IMG/VR virus record: IMGVR_UViG_3300028653_000014
Span: 1-64,000 of that record
DNA: 64,000 nt
Source of the DNA: a virus
Reading direction: 5' to 3' (one strand)
How positions within the stretch are numbered: position 1 is the first letter of the stretch; the number at the start of each line of letters is the position of its first letter. A program made the translations under genes and the position numbers. Positions 1 through 9,407 of this stretch are shown here, piece by piece. Below the pieces are notes generated by a model, which worked only from the letters and a program-made list of their open reading frames with translations, was not told the DNA's origin and did not search any database.

Positions 1-218
1 GCGTCTCTGACGGCGGCCCGGATCTGCTGGACGGGTTTCCCGTCCCAGAGCCTGCAGATGCAGCCTTTGATGCCGTAGTTCCCGATCGCGGCCCCGGCTC
101 CGAGCGCGAGCGACCCGACAACAGCGGCGACGGTGGTGGGCATGTCGACGTTCCAGTAGCCGACCGCCCAGACGATGAGGACACCAAGGCCGATCCCTGA
201 GCCGCCGCCGACGTACAC
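1..218 (-). CDS. small two-TM membrane protein, possibly holin-like (runs off the window start)
   Basis: Manual translation from GTG 218: VYVGGGSGIGLGVLIVWAVGYWNVDMPTTVAAVVGSLALGAGAAIGNYG; two hydrophobic stretches; not in the ORF track. Confidence 0.45.
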   Translation of the reverse strand, partial: MYVGGGSGIGLGVLIVWAVGYWNVDMPTTVAAVVGSLALGAGAAIGNYGIKGCICRLWDGKPVQQIRAAVRD

Positions 219-237
219 GCCGGGATTCTACGGTGGG

Positions 238-827
238 TCATGCCGAGACTTTCGTGATCGACTTGACGTAGCAGGCTTTGCAGAGGCCGCTGTCGTTCTT
301 CCGACTGCCTTTCTCGCCCGCGGGCAGGCGGGGTTTCCCGCAACGGTCGCACGGCACCTTGTGACGTTCGCGGTAGTCCTGACGGAGTTTCGTCAGGCAG
401 ACACGACAACTCTCGTGGAATCCCTGCGGGCGGACGTCTTTGAACTTGACCCCGGCCCCGAACGCCTCCGGGTACTTAAACGTCTTGCAGGTGCGGCAGT
501 AGACCGCGGCGACCTGGCCGAACTCGTCGTAGCGAAAGCGGCGACGGCCTTCCCCGCGCAGGAACGGCAGATCGCACGCGACGGTCGTGGCCCCTTGTCT
601 CGCTTCGACGCGTGCTCGGCCGCCACGCACGGGCCGCCGCACTTCGAGCAGGAGTCCCTATACGCGCGTTTCGCGTGTTCACTGAGCTTCCTGGTGTTCT
701 CCGGGGTCGCTATCCGTGAGACGGCGTTCTGCGAGACGCCGAACATCGCCGCGACGGTCTTCTGCTCAAACCCGGCTGCGAGCAGTGTCCGTGCGGCGTC
801 GTGGTCGAATCTGCGAGGGGGCGGCAT
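238..827 (-). CDS. HTH plus multiple CxxC zinc-finger protein, split by a frameshift near 545
   Basis: ORF 393..827 has an HTH (QKTVAAMFGVSQNAVSRI) and CSKC/CRSC; protein-like sequence continues in ORF 238..642 (CRTC, CRVC, CDRC, CKAC). Confidence 0.55.
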
Positions 828-843
828 CAGTCGACGTGACTCG

Positions 844-880
844 ACGGACGGCCCGGTGGCCCCTCGACCTGGGCCGTCCG
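844..880. terminator. intergenic GC-rich hairpin
   Basis: CGGACGGCCC...GGGCCGTCCG inverted repeat between ORFs 393..827 and 892..1173. Confidence 0.4.
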
Positions 881-891
881 CCCAACCACGC

Positions 892-1173
892 TCACCAGTT
901 CTGCCCCATCGGGACGAGGAACTCGGCTGCCTGGTCGTGCTTCCCCTCCGCGTACAGGCCGAGACCGGTCACCATGTTCGTCATCGCCTCAACGGCCATC
1001 ACCATCGAGGCAGGGTCGCGCGGGAGCGCCCAGACGGGAAGCGGCGGCACACCCGGGACCATCTCGCGCACGCACGCGTCCGCGGCATAGAGGAACCGTC
1101 TCGTTTCCCGGTAGGCGCGCCACGGGCCGGTGCCGGGGATGCGAGACACCAGGTTGAAGACGAGCGGGTTCAC
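892..1173 (-). CDS. hypothetical phage protein
   Basis: Overlapping start/stop with neighbour; high GC3. Confidence 0.6.
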   Translation of the reverse strand: MNPLVFNLVSRIPGTGPWRAYRETRRFLYAADACVREMVPGVPPLPVWALPRDPASMVMAVEAMTNMVTGLGLYAEGKHDQAAEFLVPMGQNW

Positions 1174-1412
1174 CGATGCTCCTCCTCGAACAGCGTGATC
1201 TGACGTGCCGCACAGGCGGCCTGCCAGCGGGCACGAGACTCGACCAACCAGCGGATCTGCTCGGCCGCTTCGTCCAGTAACGCGCGCGTGCCAGGCGCGT
1301 GCGGCTCGAAGTAGGGGGTCGACAGCGAGGTACGTGCTCGGAGCCTCTCAGCGACCGCCAGAGCCTCCCGGCCGTCCTGGTCGATGCTCACAGTCGACCC
1401 ATCGCTTCCCAC
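1170..1412 (-). CDS. hypothetical phage protein
   Basis: Coupled to neighbours in the minus-strand operon. Confidence 0.55.
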   Translation of the reverse strand: MGSDGSTVSIDQDGREALAVAERLRARTSLSTPYFEPHAPGTRALLDEAAEQIRWLVESRARWQAACAARQITLFEEEHR

Positions 1413-1639
1413 CGTTCAAGCGCTTTCTGAACCTGCAGACGGGTCAGCAGGTCAAGCTCGTACGCACGAGTCTCCGTCACGGTCCCGGTGCCGACGCATT
1501 CGGGGCATTCGATGATGCCGACCTTCACGATCCCGTAGGCGGCCATCTGCTCGTCGGAGAACTGCTCCGTGATGGCGGCGTCCATGTCGCGGCAGTCGAG
1601 CACCCGGTCGCCCAGGCAGCACGGGCACACGACACTCAT
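1388..1639 (-). CDS. small zinc-ribbon protein (DnaJ-type CxxCxG)
   Basis: CPCCLG and CPECVGTG motifs. Confidence 0.6.
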   Translation of the reverse strand: MSVVCPCCLGDRVLDCRDMDAAITEQFSDEQMAAYGIVKVGIIECPECVGTGTVTETRAYELDLLTRLQVQKALERWEAMGRL

Positions 1640-1881
1640 GACGTCGCCTCTATGCGCGGGTCGTTAGAGAGACGCCATTCGTAGAAGGTCTTGGCGTTCG
1701 GGATCACTCCAACCATGTCCTTGCCGATGCCGAGTGCGTATTCAGCCAGATAGGCGTTCAAGGTCGTGCCTGGGTCAATGCCTCCATCCGACGACAGAGC
1801 GTCAGCGTAAGCCTCGATGACATCAGAGAGCGGAATGCGAACCTCGCCGGTCACAACGACCCAATCCTGACGTTCGTTCAC
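1636..1881 (-). CDS. hypothetical protein
   Basis: Likely GTG start at 1881 (VNERQDW); stop overlaps the next start. Confidence 0.5.
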   Translation of the reverse strand: MNERQDWVVVTGEVRIPLSDVIEAYADALSSDGGIDPGTTLNAYLAEYALGIGKDMVGVIPNAKTFYEWRLSNDPRIEATS

Positions 1882-1981
1882 GGCCGCACCGTCGCTTGTT
1901 CCCACGCCATCTTCGCGAGCGCCCACGGGAGATAGATCAGCGCTTCGGCCGTGAGGATCAGCAACTGGGCGCGCTCGCGGT

Positions 1982-2239
1982 TCACGGTCGGCTCCCGGCC
2001 CACGGCGACACGACCCATAATCTAGTCTCACGATCGAACACTCCCACGCGGAGCGCCCGTTCGCCCTTGTGGAACTCACCCTCGGCGTGCAGGGTCAGCA
2101 GCGTGATGCCGAGACCCTCGACGCTGGTCTCGGCGATCCTGCGGCGCTCACCATACGTGCCGATGATGTAGACGGCGAGTCTGTCCTCACCGTCGGGGCG
2201 CGGCTCGTCGCCATGCTCGTTCAGATGCAGGCTAGTCAT
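1982..2239 (-). CDS. hypothetical protein
   Basis: Coupled ORF with protein-like composition. Confidence 0.5.
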   Translation of the reverse strand: MTSLHLNEHGDEPRPDGEDRLAVYIIGTYGERRRIAETSVEGLGITLLTLHAEGEFHKGERALRVGVFDRETRLWVVSPWAGSRP

Positions 2240-2435
2240 CGTCGATCAGCGCGCCTTCTCGGCCGCCAGATGGCGAGGGGCGACGAGGCTCGCGGACGCC
2301 GATGTCGGGCGGCAAGATGTCGAAGTCCTGCGCGAGTGCGTCGCGGAGTGCGACGAGTTCGCCGACGGACAACTTCCTCACCTGTTCGGCGGCCTTTTTG
2401 ACGGCCGGGGTGTATGTGCCTTTCACCTCAGTCAT
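2232..2435 (-). CDS. ribosomal protein bL12 (L7/L12) N-terminal-domain-like protein
   Basis: AAEQVRKLSVGELVALRDALAQDFDI matches the bL12 NTD pattern (I.E.I..MTVLEL.ELVK..EEKFGV); no C-terminal domain. Confidence 0.55.
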   Translation of the reverse strand: MTEVKGTYTPAVKKAAEQVRKLSVGELVALRDALAQDFDILPPDIGVREPRRPSPSGGREGALIDDD

Positions 2436-2826
2436 CGCCGCCGTCGACTCTCGCAGCAGGGAATGCCGGGACGGGAACGAGCGCTACCGCGAGAAGTCTG
2501 CCGTTCCTGACGACGGCCGTCCAGTCGCTAAACGCGTCATCGCCCGAGGTTTCCCAGCCATCAATCGCGATCTCGGCGCCGAGCGGCTTTCCCGCCAGTT
2601 CCTCGGTCGCCGTGCCGGAGCCGCGGATCAGATTGTCGTCGCGGTGGATCTCGGTGATCGAACCGACGATCATGTTTTCGCCTGTCGTCCAGAAACCGAT
2701 CCTGTAGAGCGGGACAGGCGTCTCCCAGGTGATGGCGCCATGAGCGATCTTCCGCCGATCGGTGCTCTCCTCGCCTTCGACAAGCAGAGTAGCGGTGAAC
2801 GGGAACTCGAACGTCTGCTCAGTCAT
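2428..2826 (-). CDS. stand-alone prohead/capsid-maturation protease-like domain
   Basis: LLVEGEESTDRRKIAHGAITW..PVPL, VGSITEIHRD, GRLLAVALVPVPAF resemble actinophage capsid maturation protease motifs. Confidence 0.55.
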   Translation of the reverse strand: MTEQTFEFPFTATLLVEGEESTDRRKIAHGAITWETPVPLYRIGFWTTGENMIVGSITEIHRDDNLIRGSGTATEELAGKPLGAEIAIDGWETSGDDAFSDWTAVVRNGRLLAVALVPVPAFPAARVDGGDD

Positions 2827-3972
2827 CGCCGCCGCTCTCCATCCACGTGTCGTATGCCTGCACGACGTCGGGGAACCCGAGCCGCAGCTTCGCCTTGTTC
2901 TCGAAGTCGGCCTTTGCGATCAGCCGGAGCAGGTGGGCGGTGAACCAGTCGCCGTTCCCGGCGATGATGTCGGCCATGCGCGCCTTGTCGTAGGCGGAGA
3001 TCACGCGACTGCCTCCTCGTCCCGCCAGATGGCGGCGTTGTAGCGGGCCAGCAAATCCTCGGACTCGGCCAGCAGCGTCTCGGCGACCCGGAGTGCGTCA
3101 TCCTTCGCCGCGATGTCGCGGCGCAGACGCACGATCGTTTCGCGGTCGTCGACGGGCGTCTCGACGTAGAGGCTCCGGAGGCGGCCGTCAGGGGATGTGC
3201 CGATCAGGGCGGCCAGCATCGCTGCGTCAGCCGCGGGGCCGCGCGCGACACGTGCGTCCGCGAGGGTCACGCGAACGCTCCGCACGAGCAGTCGGCGCTG
3301 CACTGGCCGTCACCGTTCGGGCCGTGATGCTCGGTCGTGTGGTGGCCGCACGAGCACCACTCCTCGGGGTGCAGGTCGCGGCTCTCGCCGTCGCTCAGAT
3401 GGCCCCGGTAGCCGTACGCTTCCGCGGCGCCGTTGAAGATCAGGGCGCGGACGCGGCGGGTGGTCGTGTCGAGGGTCACGCTGCCACGCCTGCCTGCTCT
3501 AGCAGTTTGTACGCGGCGAACGTCATCTCTTCACCGCGGTAAGTCACGATCTCTCTCGCGTTCGGCAGATGAGATGCCTTCTCCCACGCACGAACGGCGG
3601 CCTTGACGGCAGCGGTGGAGGCCAGGACTTCGCAGACCTCGCCCGTCTCAGTCCACGCGTCGGCCTCTTTCTGGGCTTGAGCGAAGGAACGTATCGGGCC
3701 TGTGTAGCCGATGCCCGCTGCGTTCTGCTTGCTCGTGCGCTTCACGTAGAAACTCATGACGCCACCAGCGAAACCCTGATGAGCGCGGAGTGCGCTCGCT
3801 CGCGGCGGATCTTGCACTCGTCCATCCACGACAGCGCCCGCTTGTAGGCGGCCTGGTTCTCGGGAGTACCGGTGCGCTCAGCCGCTTGAACGAAGTGCTT
3901 CCGCGCGATCCGGTAGTCCTCGTCGCGCTCTGCAACCTCTGCGCGAAGTGTGGTGATGCTCTGCTCGTTCAT
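2819..3972 (-). CDS. five coupled small hypothetical genes (2819-3004, 3001-3270, 3267-3479, 3476-3757, 3754-3972)
   Basis: ATGA/GTGA overlaps throughout; GGAG SD before 3972; 3267-3479 ends in a CxCGH..H..C..CxC module. Confidence 0.6.
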
Positions 3973-4014
3973 GGGAGACTCCTTTCGGTAGGGGCCGTGT
4001 CTCCGTGCTTACAT

Positions 4015-4048
4015 ATAGCAGACTACCACCTAGGGGTGGGTTTGTCTA
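4015..4048 (-). promoter_or_regulatory. sigma-70/SigA-type promoter
   Basis: TAGACA (4048-4043), N17, TAGTCT (4025-4020), followed by GCTAT. Confidence 0.7.
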
Positions 4049-4051
4049 CCC

Positions 4052-4405
4052 TCAGGCCGCGACGAGTTCACGGCCGTTACGGGCCGCTAGACGTCGCTCA
4101 CAAGATTCGCGCGACTCCCGAGTCCTGTGGGTGTGCGGGCAGCGCACAGGGAGCGGCTCACGACGCGCGAGCACGTACCGGCGAAGGGCTTCCAACTGCG
4201 GATGGTGGGAGCGGCAGACGGTCAGAAGATTCGACTCGTCGAACGGCGCGCCGCCTTCTGCGAGCGGGGTCAGGTGATGTACCGAGAGGGGACCGCCGGA
4301 GCAGGAGCCGCCCAGGAGACGGCTAACCGAGCAGGTGCCGTGGTCTCGTGCGATGACGGAACGCCGAACGTCCGCCCAGAGCGAGGTGTTGTAGATATCC
4401 GCCAC
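4052..4405 (-). CDS. HNH endonuclease
   Basis: VIARDHGTC..LSVHHLTPLAEGG..NLLTVCRSHH. Confidence 0.85.
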   Translation of the reverse strand: MADIYNTSLWADVRRSVIARDHGTCSVSRLLGGSCSGGPLSVHHLTPLAEGGAPFDESNLLTVCRSHHPQLEALRRYVLARREPLPVRCPHTHRTRESRESCERRLAARNGRELVAA

Positions 4406-4453
4406 GTGGATTCACCAACGTGAAGTGTGCCAGTTGCATCAGACGTTGCGCAC

Positions 4454-4650
4454 TATGGAGTCACGCGCGCGTTACTCATCGTGAACCGTCTCAGACCCTG
4501 GCCGCCTCGGTACGGGATCGGCTTGACCGGGGTCGGGTTCTCCAGCAGCCAGTGGAACTGGCCCGGCTCGGCCCACGGGCTGTCGCTGTCCCTCACGACG
4601 TCGACTAGCTCGACGTGGCCCAGGATGACGCCGCGCGGCTCGTCGGCACC
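4454..4650 (-). pseudogene. C-terminal half of an ASCH-domain protein with no start
   Basis: Third frame reads EPRGVILGHVELVDVVRDSDSPWAEPGQFHWLLENPTPVKPIPYRGGQGL. Confidence 0.65.
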
Positions 4651-4901
4651 AGGGCGTCCGACTCTTCGATGCCAAGCTCCCGCGCGGCCATCACCCGGTG
4701 GTTGCCCGACAGGACCTCGAACGTGTCGTCGTCGTGCGGGCGGACGAGGATCGGTGCCAGGAACCCGTCGCGCTGCATCGAGTCCTTCAACGCGTCCATC
4801 TGGGCCTCGGAGAGGTACTGCGGGTTTCGTTTCAGCGCGACCAGCTTGTCGACGCGCAGGTAGAGGAGTTCGCCCTTGTCAGGAACCGTCTGTGCGCTCA
4901 C
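4605..4901 (-). CDS. ParB/Srx N-terminal domain protein, apparently truncated
   Basis: NPQYLSEAQMDALKDSMQRDGFLAPILVRP..FEVLSGNHRVMAARELG; GTG start at 4901. Confidence 0.75.
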   Translation of the reverse strand: MSAQTVPDKGELLYLRVDKLVALKRNPQYLSEAQMDALKDSMQRDGFLAPILVRPHDDDTFEVLSGNHRVMAARELGIEESDALVPTSRAASSWATSS

Positions 4902-5122
4902 GTAAGCCTCCACACCGCGTCGATGAGATACCAGTAGAGGTGAGCGATGACCGTCAGTACCGCGACGCTCAGAACGATGCAGACGCCGATGGCGACTAGC
5001 AGGATGATCCATCCGATCCGACGGCCGAATCGGTACATCGCGGGGTGAGCGGTACGCAGGTGAGCACTGGCGTCGACGGGTGGCGCCGCCGGTTTCAGCC
5101 CGAGATCGGGGATGTGCGGCAT
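4898..5122 (-). CDS. small membrane protein
   Basis: One long hydrophobic segment. Confidence 0.55.
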   Translation of the reverse strand: MPHIPDLGLKPAAPPVDASAHLRTAHPAMYRFGRRIGWIILLVAIGVCIVLSVAVLTVIAHLYWYLIDAVWRLT

Positions 5123-5532
5123 CAGGCGACCATCCTGTCACGGACGGGATACTCCCGCTCGATGACGTAAGCGAAGCCAAGATCGGCGGCGAAACTGATG
5201 GCCGCGAGCGGGATCAGTTCGAGCACGATCGGCTGTATCCGGGAATGGTGTCTGGAATGTGCTCGTGTACAGATTCCCAGACCATTGGGCAGCGCCCACA
5301 TCAGTTCGCGCAGCAGATCGGTGTGCGCGTCCTCGTCGAGATACTGCTCGTGCGCGACCGCGGACACGTAGCGTCGGATGATCTGGGCACGCAGGATGTG
5401 ATGGCCCACGACAATGCCGCGGCATTGCTCCTCGATGTTAGGGCATACCCGACAGCCGAGCGCGGTTGTCCGGCGCCGCCACTCCTTCGACGCTTCGATC
5501 TCCAGGTTCTTCGTCGCGACCTTGGTCCTCAC
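5122..5532 (-). CDS. HNH-like nuclease
   Basis: CRVC..GHHI..NGLGICTRAHSRHH. Confidence 0.55.
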   Translation of the reverse strand: MRTKVATKNLEIEASKEWRRRTTALGCRVCPNIEEQCRGIVVGHHILRAQIIRRYVSAVAHEQYLDEDAHTDLLRELMWALPNGLGICTRAHSRHHSRIQPIVLELIPLAAISFAADLGFAYVIEREYPVRDRMVA

Positions 5533-5726
5533 CGCCGCTTCCCCTTCACGCTGGTCGCCAGCTTGCCGCGGCCGAACGAATACCCCTTCTGGATCTGGGC
5601 GCCCTTCAAGATCGCGACCTGCGCCTTGTTCGCCGCCGCGTCGGGATGCGGGACAGCGATCAGCGGGTCGAGCCCGGCCGTCTTGCGCGCCTGCGCGAGT
5701 CTCTGCCAGTCCGTCCGCTTGCCCAT
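5529..5726 (-). CDS. small basic hypothetical protein
   Basis: ATG 5726 coupled to the upstream stop. Confidence 0.5.
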   Translation of the reverse strand: MGKRTDWQRLAQARKTAGLDPLIAVPHPDAAANKAQVAILKGAQIQKGYSFGRGKLATSVKGKRR

Positions 5727-6181
5727 CAGAGGGATGCTAGCCAGTCGTCGTAGCGGCAGCCGTGGATCGTCCACAGGCTGTTCGGTATCCACGTGCCGAG
5801 CGTGGCCGACGTGAGTGCCCCGACTGCCACCTCCGTCGCCGCCGGGTAGCGGAACGTGCTGCGACTGCCGAGCACCTTCGCGACCTCGTCATAGTCGGAC
5901 GGGCGCCACAGGTACACCTCTGACCCGGCTTTCGCTAGCCCGCTCATGAACACGATCTGCCGTTCGGATGGCTTGTTCTTCTCGGTCTTCAACTCCGCGA
6001 AGATCGTCCGGTCCCGCCACATCGTCCGGTCGGGGAAACCCGGGGCGCTCCCTTTCGAGCGAAGCGTGTGATAGCTCTGCCAGCCGAGAGTCGTGGCGAC
6101 GCCTTTGTTGGCGCCGAAGACGAATGCGTCCCATTCCCGTTCGATCATGTTGCGGAGATCGATCGGCGCGTGGAGCGGCAT
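5726..6181 (-). CDS. VRR-NUC family nuclease (junction resolvase-like)
   Basis: GFPD..FAELKTEKNKPSERQ..VYLWRPSD PD-(D/E)xK motif. Confidence 0.85.
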   Translation of the reverse strand: MPLHAPIDLRNMIEREWDAFVFGANKGVATTLGWQSYHTLRSKGSAPGFPDRTMWRDRTIFAELKTEKNKPSERQIVFMSGLAKAGSEVYLWRPSDYDEVAKVLGSRSTFRYPAATEVAVGALTSATLGTWIPNSLWTIHGCRYDDWLASL

Positions 6182-6734
6182 CAGAATGTCTGCTCGTCCT
6201 GGAACATGAGCACTTGGCCGTACGTGAACTCTCGGCCCTCAGTGTCATGAAGGACGAGTTGCGCGAGCGGCACCGCCGAACCGGTGAGGGATGTTGCCGT
6301 CAGCCCGAGTACCAGTTCGGCGACTGTGCCGCCCAGCGCGGGGTCGAGTTCGACGTTCGACCCGTCTTGGAGAACCGCGCGAACCATCAGACCGGCAGCG
6401 GGTCGTCCAGCCCAGTGAGGCGTTGCGGCTGCGGCCAGCCTTCCGGCTCATCCGACGGTGGGGACGACGGCATCGGAACGGTGTTCAGCCCGGTCACGAT
6501 CGTCTCGACCTTCGGCGTGCGTGGCTTCCAGGCGTTCTCGGACACCGCGACGCAGATCGGCGGCGGCGTCTTGCCGTAGAACAGCCGGATCGCGTGGTCG
6601 CGGTCACGTGCCTCTCGTGAGCCGACGAACCGCCAGACCATCAGGTTCTCGTCGGACTCCAGCACGTAGAACCGGGTCACGGTCGACAGCGGAGGCGCGA
6701 CCAGTGTCGTCGCCTGATTTTTCGTTTCTGTCAT
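6181..6734 (-). CDS. two small hypothetical genes (6181-6387, 6387-6734)
   Basis: TGATG coupling; GGAG SD before 6734. Confidence 0.55.
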
Positions 6735-6736
6735 GG

Positions 6737-7603
6737 CTACTCCTCCCCGATGACTGACCGCACCTGCGCCCACACCTCGGCCGAGATGACAGCGCCGCCG
6801 TCGCTGGTCGGCTGCCCCTGGTGCGCGACCAGGTTCAGGACTTCCAGCGCGCGCTGAGCGAGCGACGCGGGCCGGTCGATCACCGTCTGTTGGCCCTGGG
6901 TGGGTTCGCCGCTCTTCGCCTTCTTGATCTCGGCCCGAAGAGTTTCGCGATCCCAGCCGTTCACGACGGCTTCGTTCAGCCAGTACACCTGCTCCTCGCG
7001 GTCGAGCGCACGGACGGCTTCGTGGATGGTGAAGCCGAGTTCGACACGGCGCACGTCGAGCGGCACCGACCGGCAGAGAGACGCGTAGTTCTCCAACGTC
7101 GCGACTTTCAGGCCGGTGATGCGGTGCGCGACGTCGTACAACTCCTGCGGTGTCCCCTCGACCGCCTGCGCGTGGTCTTCGCCGAACAGGTCGGCGCCGA
7201 ACGCGAGCGCGTCGCCGAGCCAGAACCGGGACGACTCTGCGAACTCGCCGATGTTGTGGAGGATGGTCGTCCAGGTGTCGAACTCCATCGCGGTGTCGGT
7301 CAGCACGAGGCCGCGCAGATGGACGCTGTCGGGCGGGAACAGGAACAGTTGGCCGACTTCGCGGAGCGCCGGGAGGCGTGACTCTGCGATCTTCAACGCC
7401 TCCGCACCAAGGGCGTCAGCCGGGGCGCTCTCGACAGGAGCAGCGGCAGCGAACTCGGCGTCGTCGGCGGCCTGCCGTGCCTGCTCCGCGAGCGCTTGCA
7501 CTCGGTCGAGTTCCGCGATCCGGGCCTCTTCCTCGTTCGGCTCGTCGTCTCCGAGACTGGCTTCGGCGATGTCCTGCAGTACCTCAGCTTCGCTTTCGCT
7601 CAT
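6737..7603 (-). CDS. LmbU-like DNA-binding/regulatory protein with acidic N-terminus
   Basis: FWLGDAL.FG..FGE, TGL..TLENYA..VRR.ELGF..H..V..L..EEQ..WL..A...GW.R..LR pattern of the LmbU family; AAGGAG SD. Confidence 0.7.
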   Translation of the reverse strand: MSESEAEVLQDIAEASLGDDEPNEEEARIAELDRVQALAEQARQAADDAEFAAAAPVESAPADALGAEALKIAESRLPALREVGQLFLFPPDSVHLRGLVLTDTAMEFDTWTTILHNIGEFAESSRFWLGDALAFGADLFGEDHAQAVEGTPQELYDVAHRITGLKVATLENYASLCRSVPLDVRRVELGFTIHEAVRALDREEQVYWLNEAVVNGWDRETLRAEIKKAKSGEPTQGQQTVIDRPASLAQRALEVLNLVAHQGQPTSDGGAVISAEVWAQVRSVIGEE

Positions 7604-7664
7604 GGTTCTCCTTCATCGTTGGTTCGGAAGTAGCAGCCTACACCTGTGCCCGATAACGCGGGCG

Positions 7665-9407
7665 TTACTTGCCGCCCATCGGGTAGAGCACGGCGAGGGC
7701 GGCCACGTGCGCGGGGCGCGGGTAGTCGATCAGGCCGAGTGTCTTCAGGTTCGCAAGAAGTTGCGCGAATGTGCCGCCTCCCTTCGCCGTCACGGTATAG
7801 CCCGTCGCCGCTCCCAGATCGATGCGATTGACCGCATCTGGGTAGTGGAGGAGCAACTCGCGGAGAATCTTTCTCTCCGGCTCGGGCAATCGATCGAGCA
7901 CGGCCGAGTGCATCGCCTCGTTCGTTCGGCCGAGGCCGGGATCTTGCGCCAGTGATCGACCGTGCTCCGTCAGCCGCACTGAACCGCGTCCCTGCTCGAT
8001 GAGTCCCGTGCGGGTCATGTCGGCGATGATCTGCGCGAACGTGCCCCCGCCTTTCTTGCTGACCTTGTACCCGGCGACGAAGCCGGTCTGGATACGAGTC
8101 GGCTCCCCGATACCCATAGCCTCGAACCAGCCGAGCGCGTCCAGAACCTTCTGCTCTGGCGCCGTCACGCCGTTCGCAGAGATGTACGGCGTCACCGGCT
8201 TCTGCACCGGCCGATTGCCGACCGGTGCGGGACTCTCCCTCCGAACTGGTGCGTGGATGACCGGCGGTGGGATCGCGACCGTCTCGCCGATCTTGACAGC
8301 GAGAGCCGTAATGCTGCCGAGAGCCTCCGACAGACTCTCCTGCATGTTCGTCAGCCGCGCCAGTTGCGTCTCGTCCACGACCGGGGTAGGCACAGGCACT
8401 TCGACCAGCACCTCGACGGTCTGTCCAACCTCGATGTGCTCGGCGGTCAGCAGGCGTGCTTCGAGATCGCGGATACGCTTCTGGAGTTCCTTCGGGTCGC
8501 TGTCCTTCGCCCGTTGCACCGTCGCCTGCATCTGCTCGCCGAGCGCGTCGAGGTCGAGTTCAGTCCGTGCGGACGGCTCCTGCCGTGACTCGCCCGGCTT
8601 CGGCGTCGCATAGGAGTCGAACGTCCGGATGCGCCGCACCTGCACCTTCTGCAGCATCCCGCGGAGCGGCGACCACACCCAGGCGGTGCCGGTCGGGAGC
8701 GACTGCAGCGACTCGATGACGCCGGAGTCGTCACGGAGATCCTTGTCAGCGATCCAGCCCTTCACCGCCGCCCTTGAGCGCTCCGAGAGTTGCCGCATCG
8801 CGATCAGCGTTTCGATCAGGTCGAGCACGTCCTTGTTCAGCGCCTGAGTCCGCTGGGTAATCATCACGATCCCGAGTCCCCATGCCCGCCCGCGTTTCGC
8901 GATCGTTTCCATCGCCCCCAGTGAACGTGCTGTTTCGCCGCGGGGGTTCTGCGGGGCGAACTCGTCGGCCTCGTCCACAACGAGTAGCAGCGTCGTCCGT
9001 GCGCGGGCCTTGCGGCGGTGGAGATGCTCCAGGAAGTCAGCGACGAACTGGCGCGCCGCCGCCTTCGTCAGCAGGTCGGACAGGTCGAGCACGAACGAAT
9101 GACCCGAGTCGACCACCAGATCAGCGATCAACTTGCCCGCGGTCGGCTCCAACGGCAGGTCGCCGTGCGGGCCGCCGAGGACGTACACCGGAAGCCCTGG
9201 GCCGTCACCTGCAGCGTTCGAACGGAGACCGTTGAAGACGCCATTTGGATCTATGACGACGAAGGGAACCTTCGCGGCATGTGCCTCTTCCAGGATCACA
9301 GCCGCCGTAAAACTCTTCCCGGCACCTCGTGTTGCCACGATGCCCACAGCCTCTGTGACGACATCAAGAGGGAGTGTGAAACCTCGTGCGAGATGGATGT
9401 CGCTCAT
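7665..9407 (-). CDS. HerA/FtsK-type P-loop ATPase (DUF87-like) with two C-terminal winged-helix repeats
   Basis: Walker A ATRGAGKS, Walker B LLVVDEAD, KRGRAWG, TQR; duplicated GY.V..KGGGTFAQ..GLI units. Confidence 0.85.
   Translation of the reverse strand: MSDIHLARGFTLPLDVVTEAVGIVATRGAGKSFTAAVILEEAHAAKVPFVVIDPNGVFNGLRSNAAGDGPGLPVYVLGGPHGDLPLEPTAGKLIADLVVDSGHSFVLDLSDLLTKAAARQFVADFLEHLHRRKARARTTLLLVVDEADEFAPQNPRGETARSLGAMETIAKRGRAWGLGIVMITQRTQALNKDVLDLIETLIAMRQLSERSRAAVKGWIADKDLRDDSGVIESLQSLPTGTAWVWSPLRGMLQKVQVRRIRTFDSYATPKPGESRQEPSARTELDLDALGEQMQATVQRAKDSDPKELQKRIRDLEARLLTAEHIEVGQTVEVLVEVPVPTPVVDETQLARLTNMQESLSEALGSITALAVKIGETVAIPPPVIHAPVRRESPAPVGNRPVQKPVTPYISANGVTAPEQKVLDALGWFEAMGIGEPTRIQTGFVAGYKVSKKGGGTFAQIIADMTRTGLIEQGRGSVRLTEHGRSLAQDPGLGRTNEAMHSAVLDRLPEPERKILRELLLHYPDAVNRIDLGAATGYTVTAKGGGTFAQLLANLKTLGLIDYPRPAHVAALAVLYPMGGK

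Noticed and set aside
219-241. Stop-codon reassignment suggested by a TAG just upstream of the first ORF
   Set aside because: TAG, TAA and TGA all end clearly complete genes elsewhere, and long core genes have no internal stops
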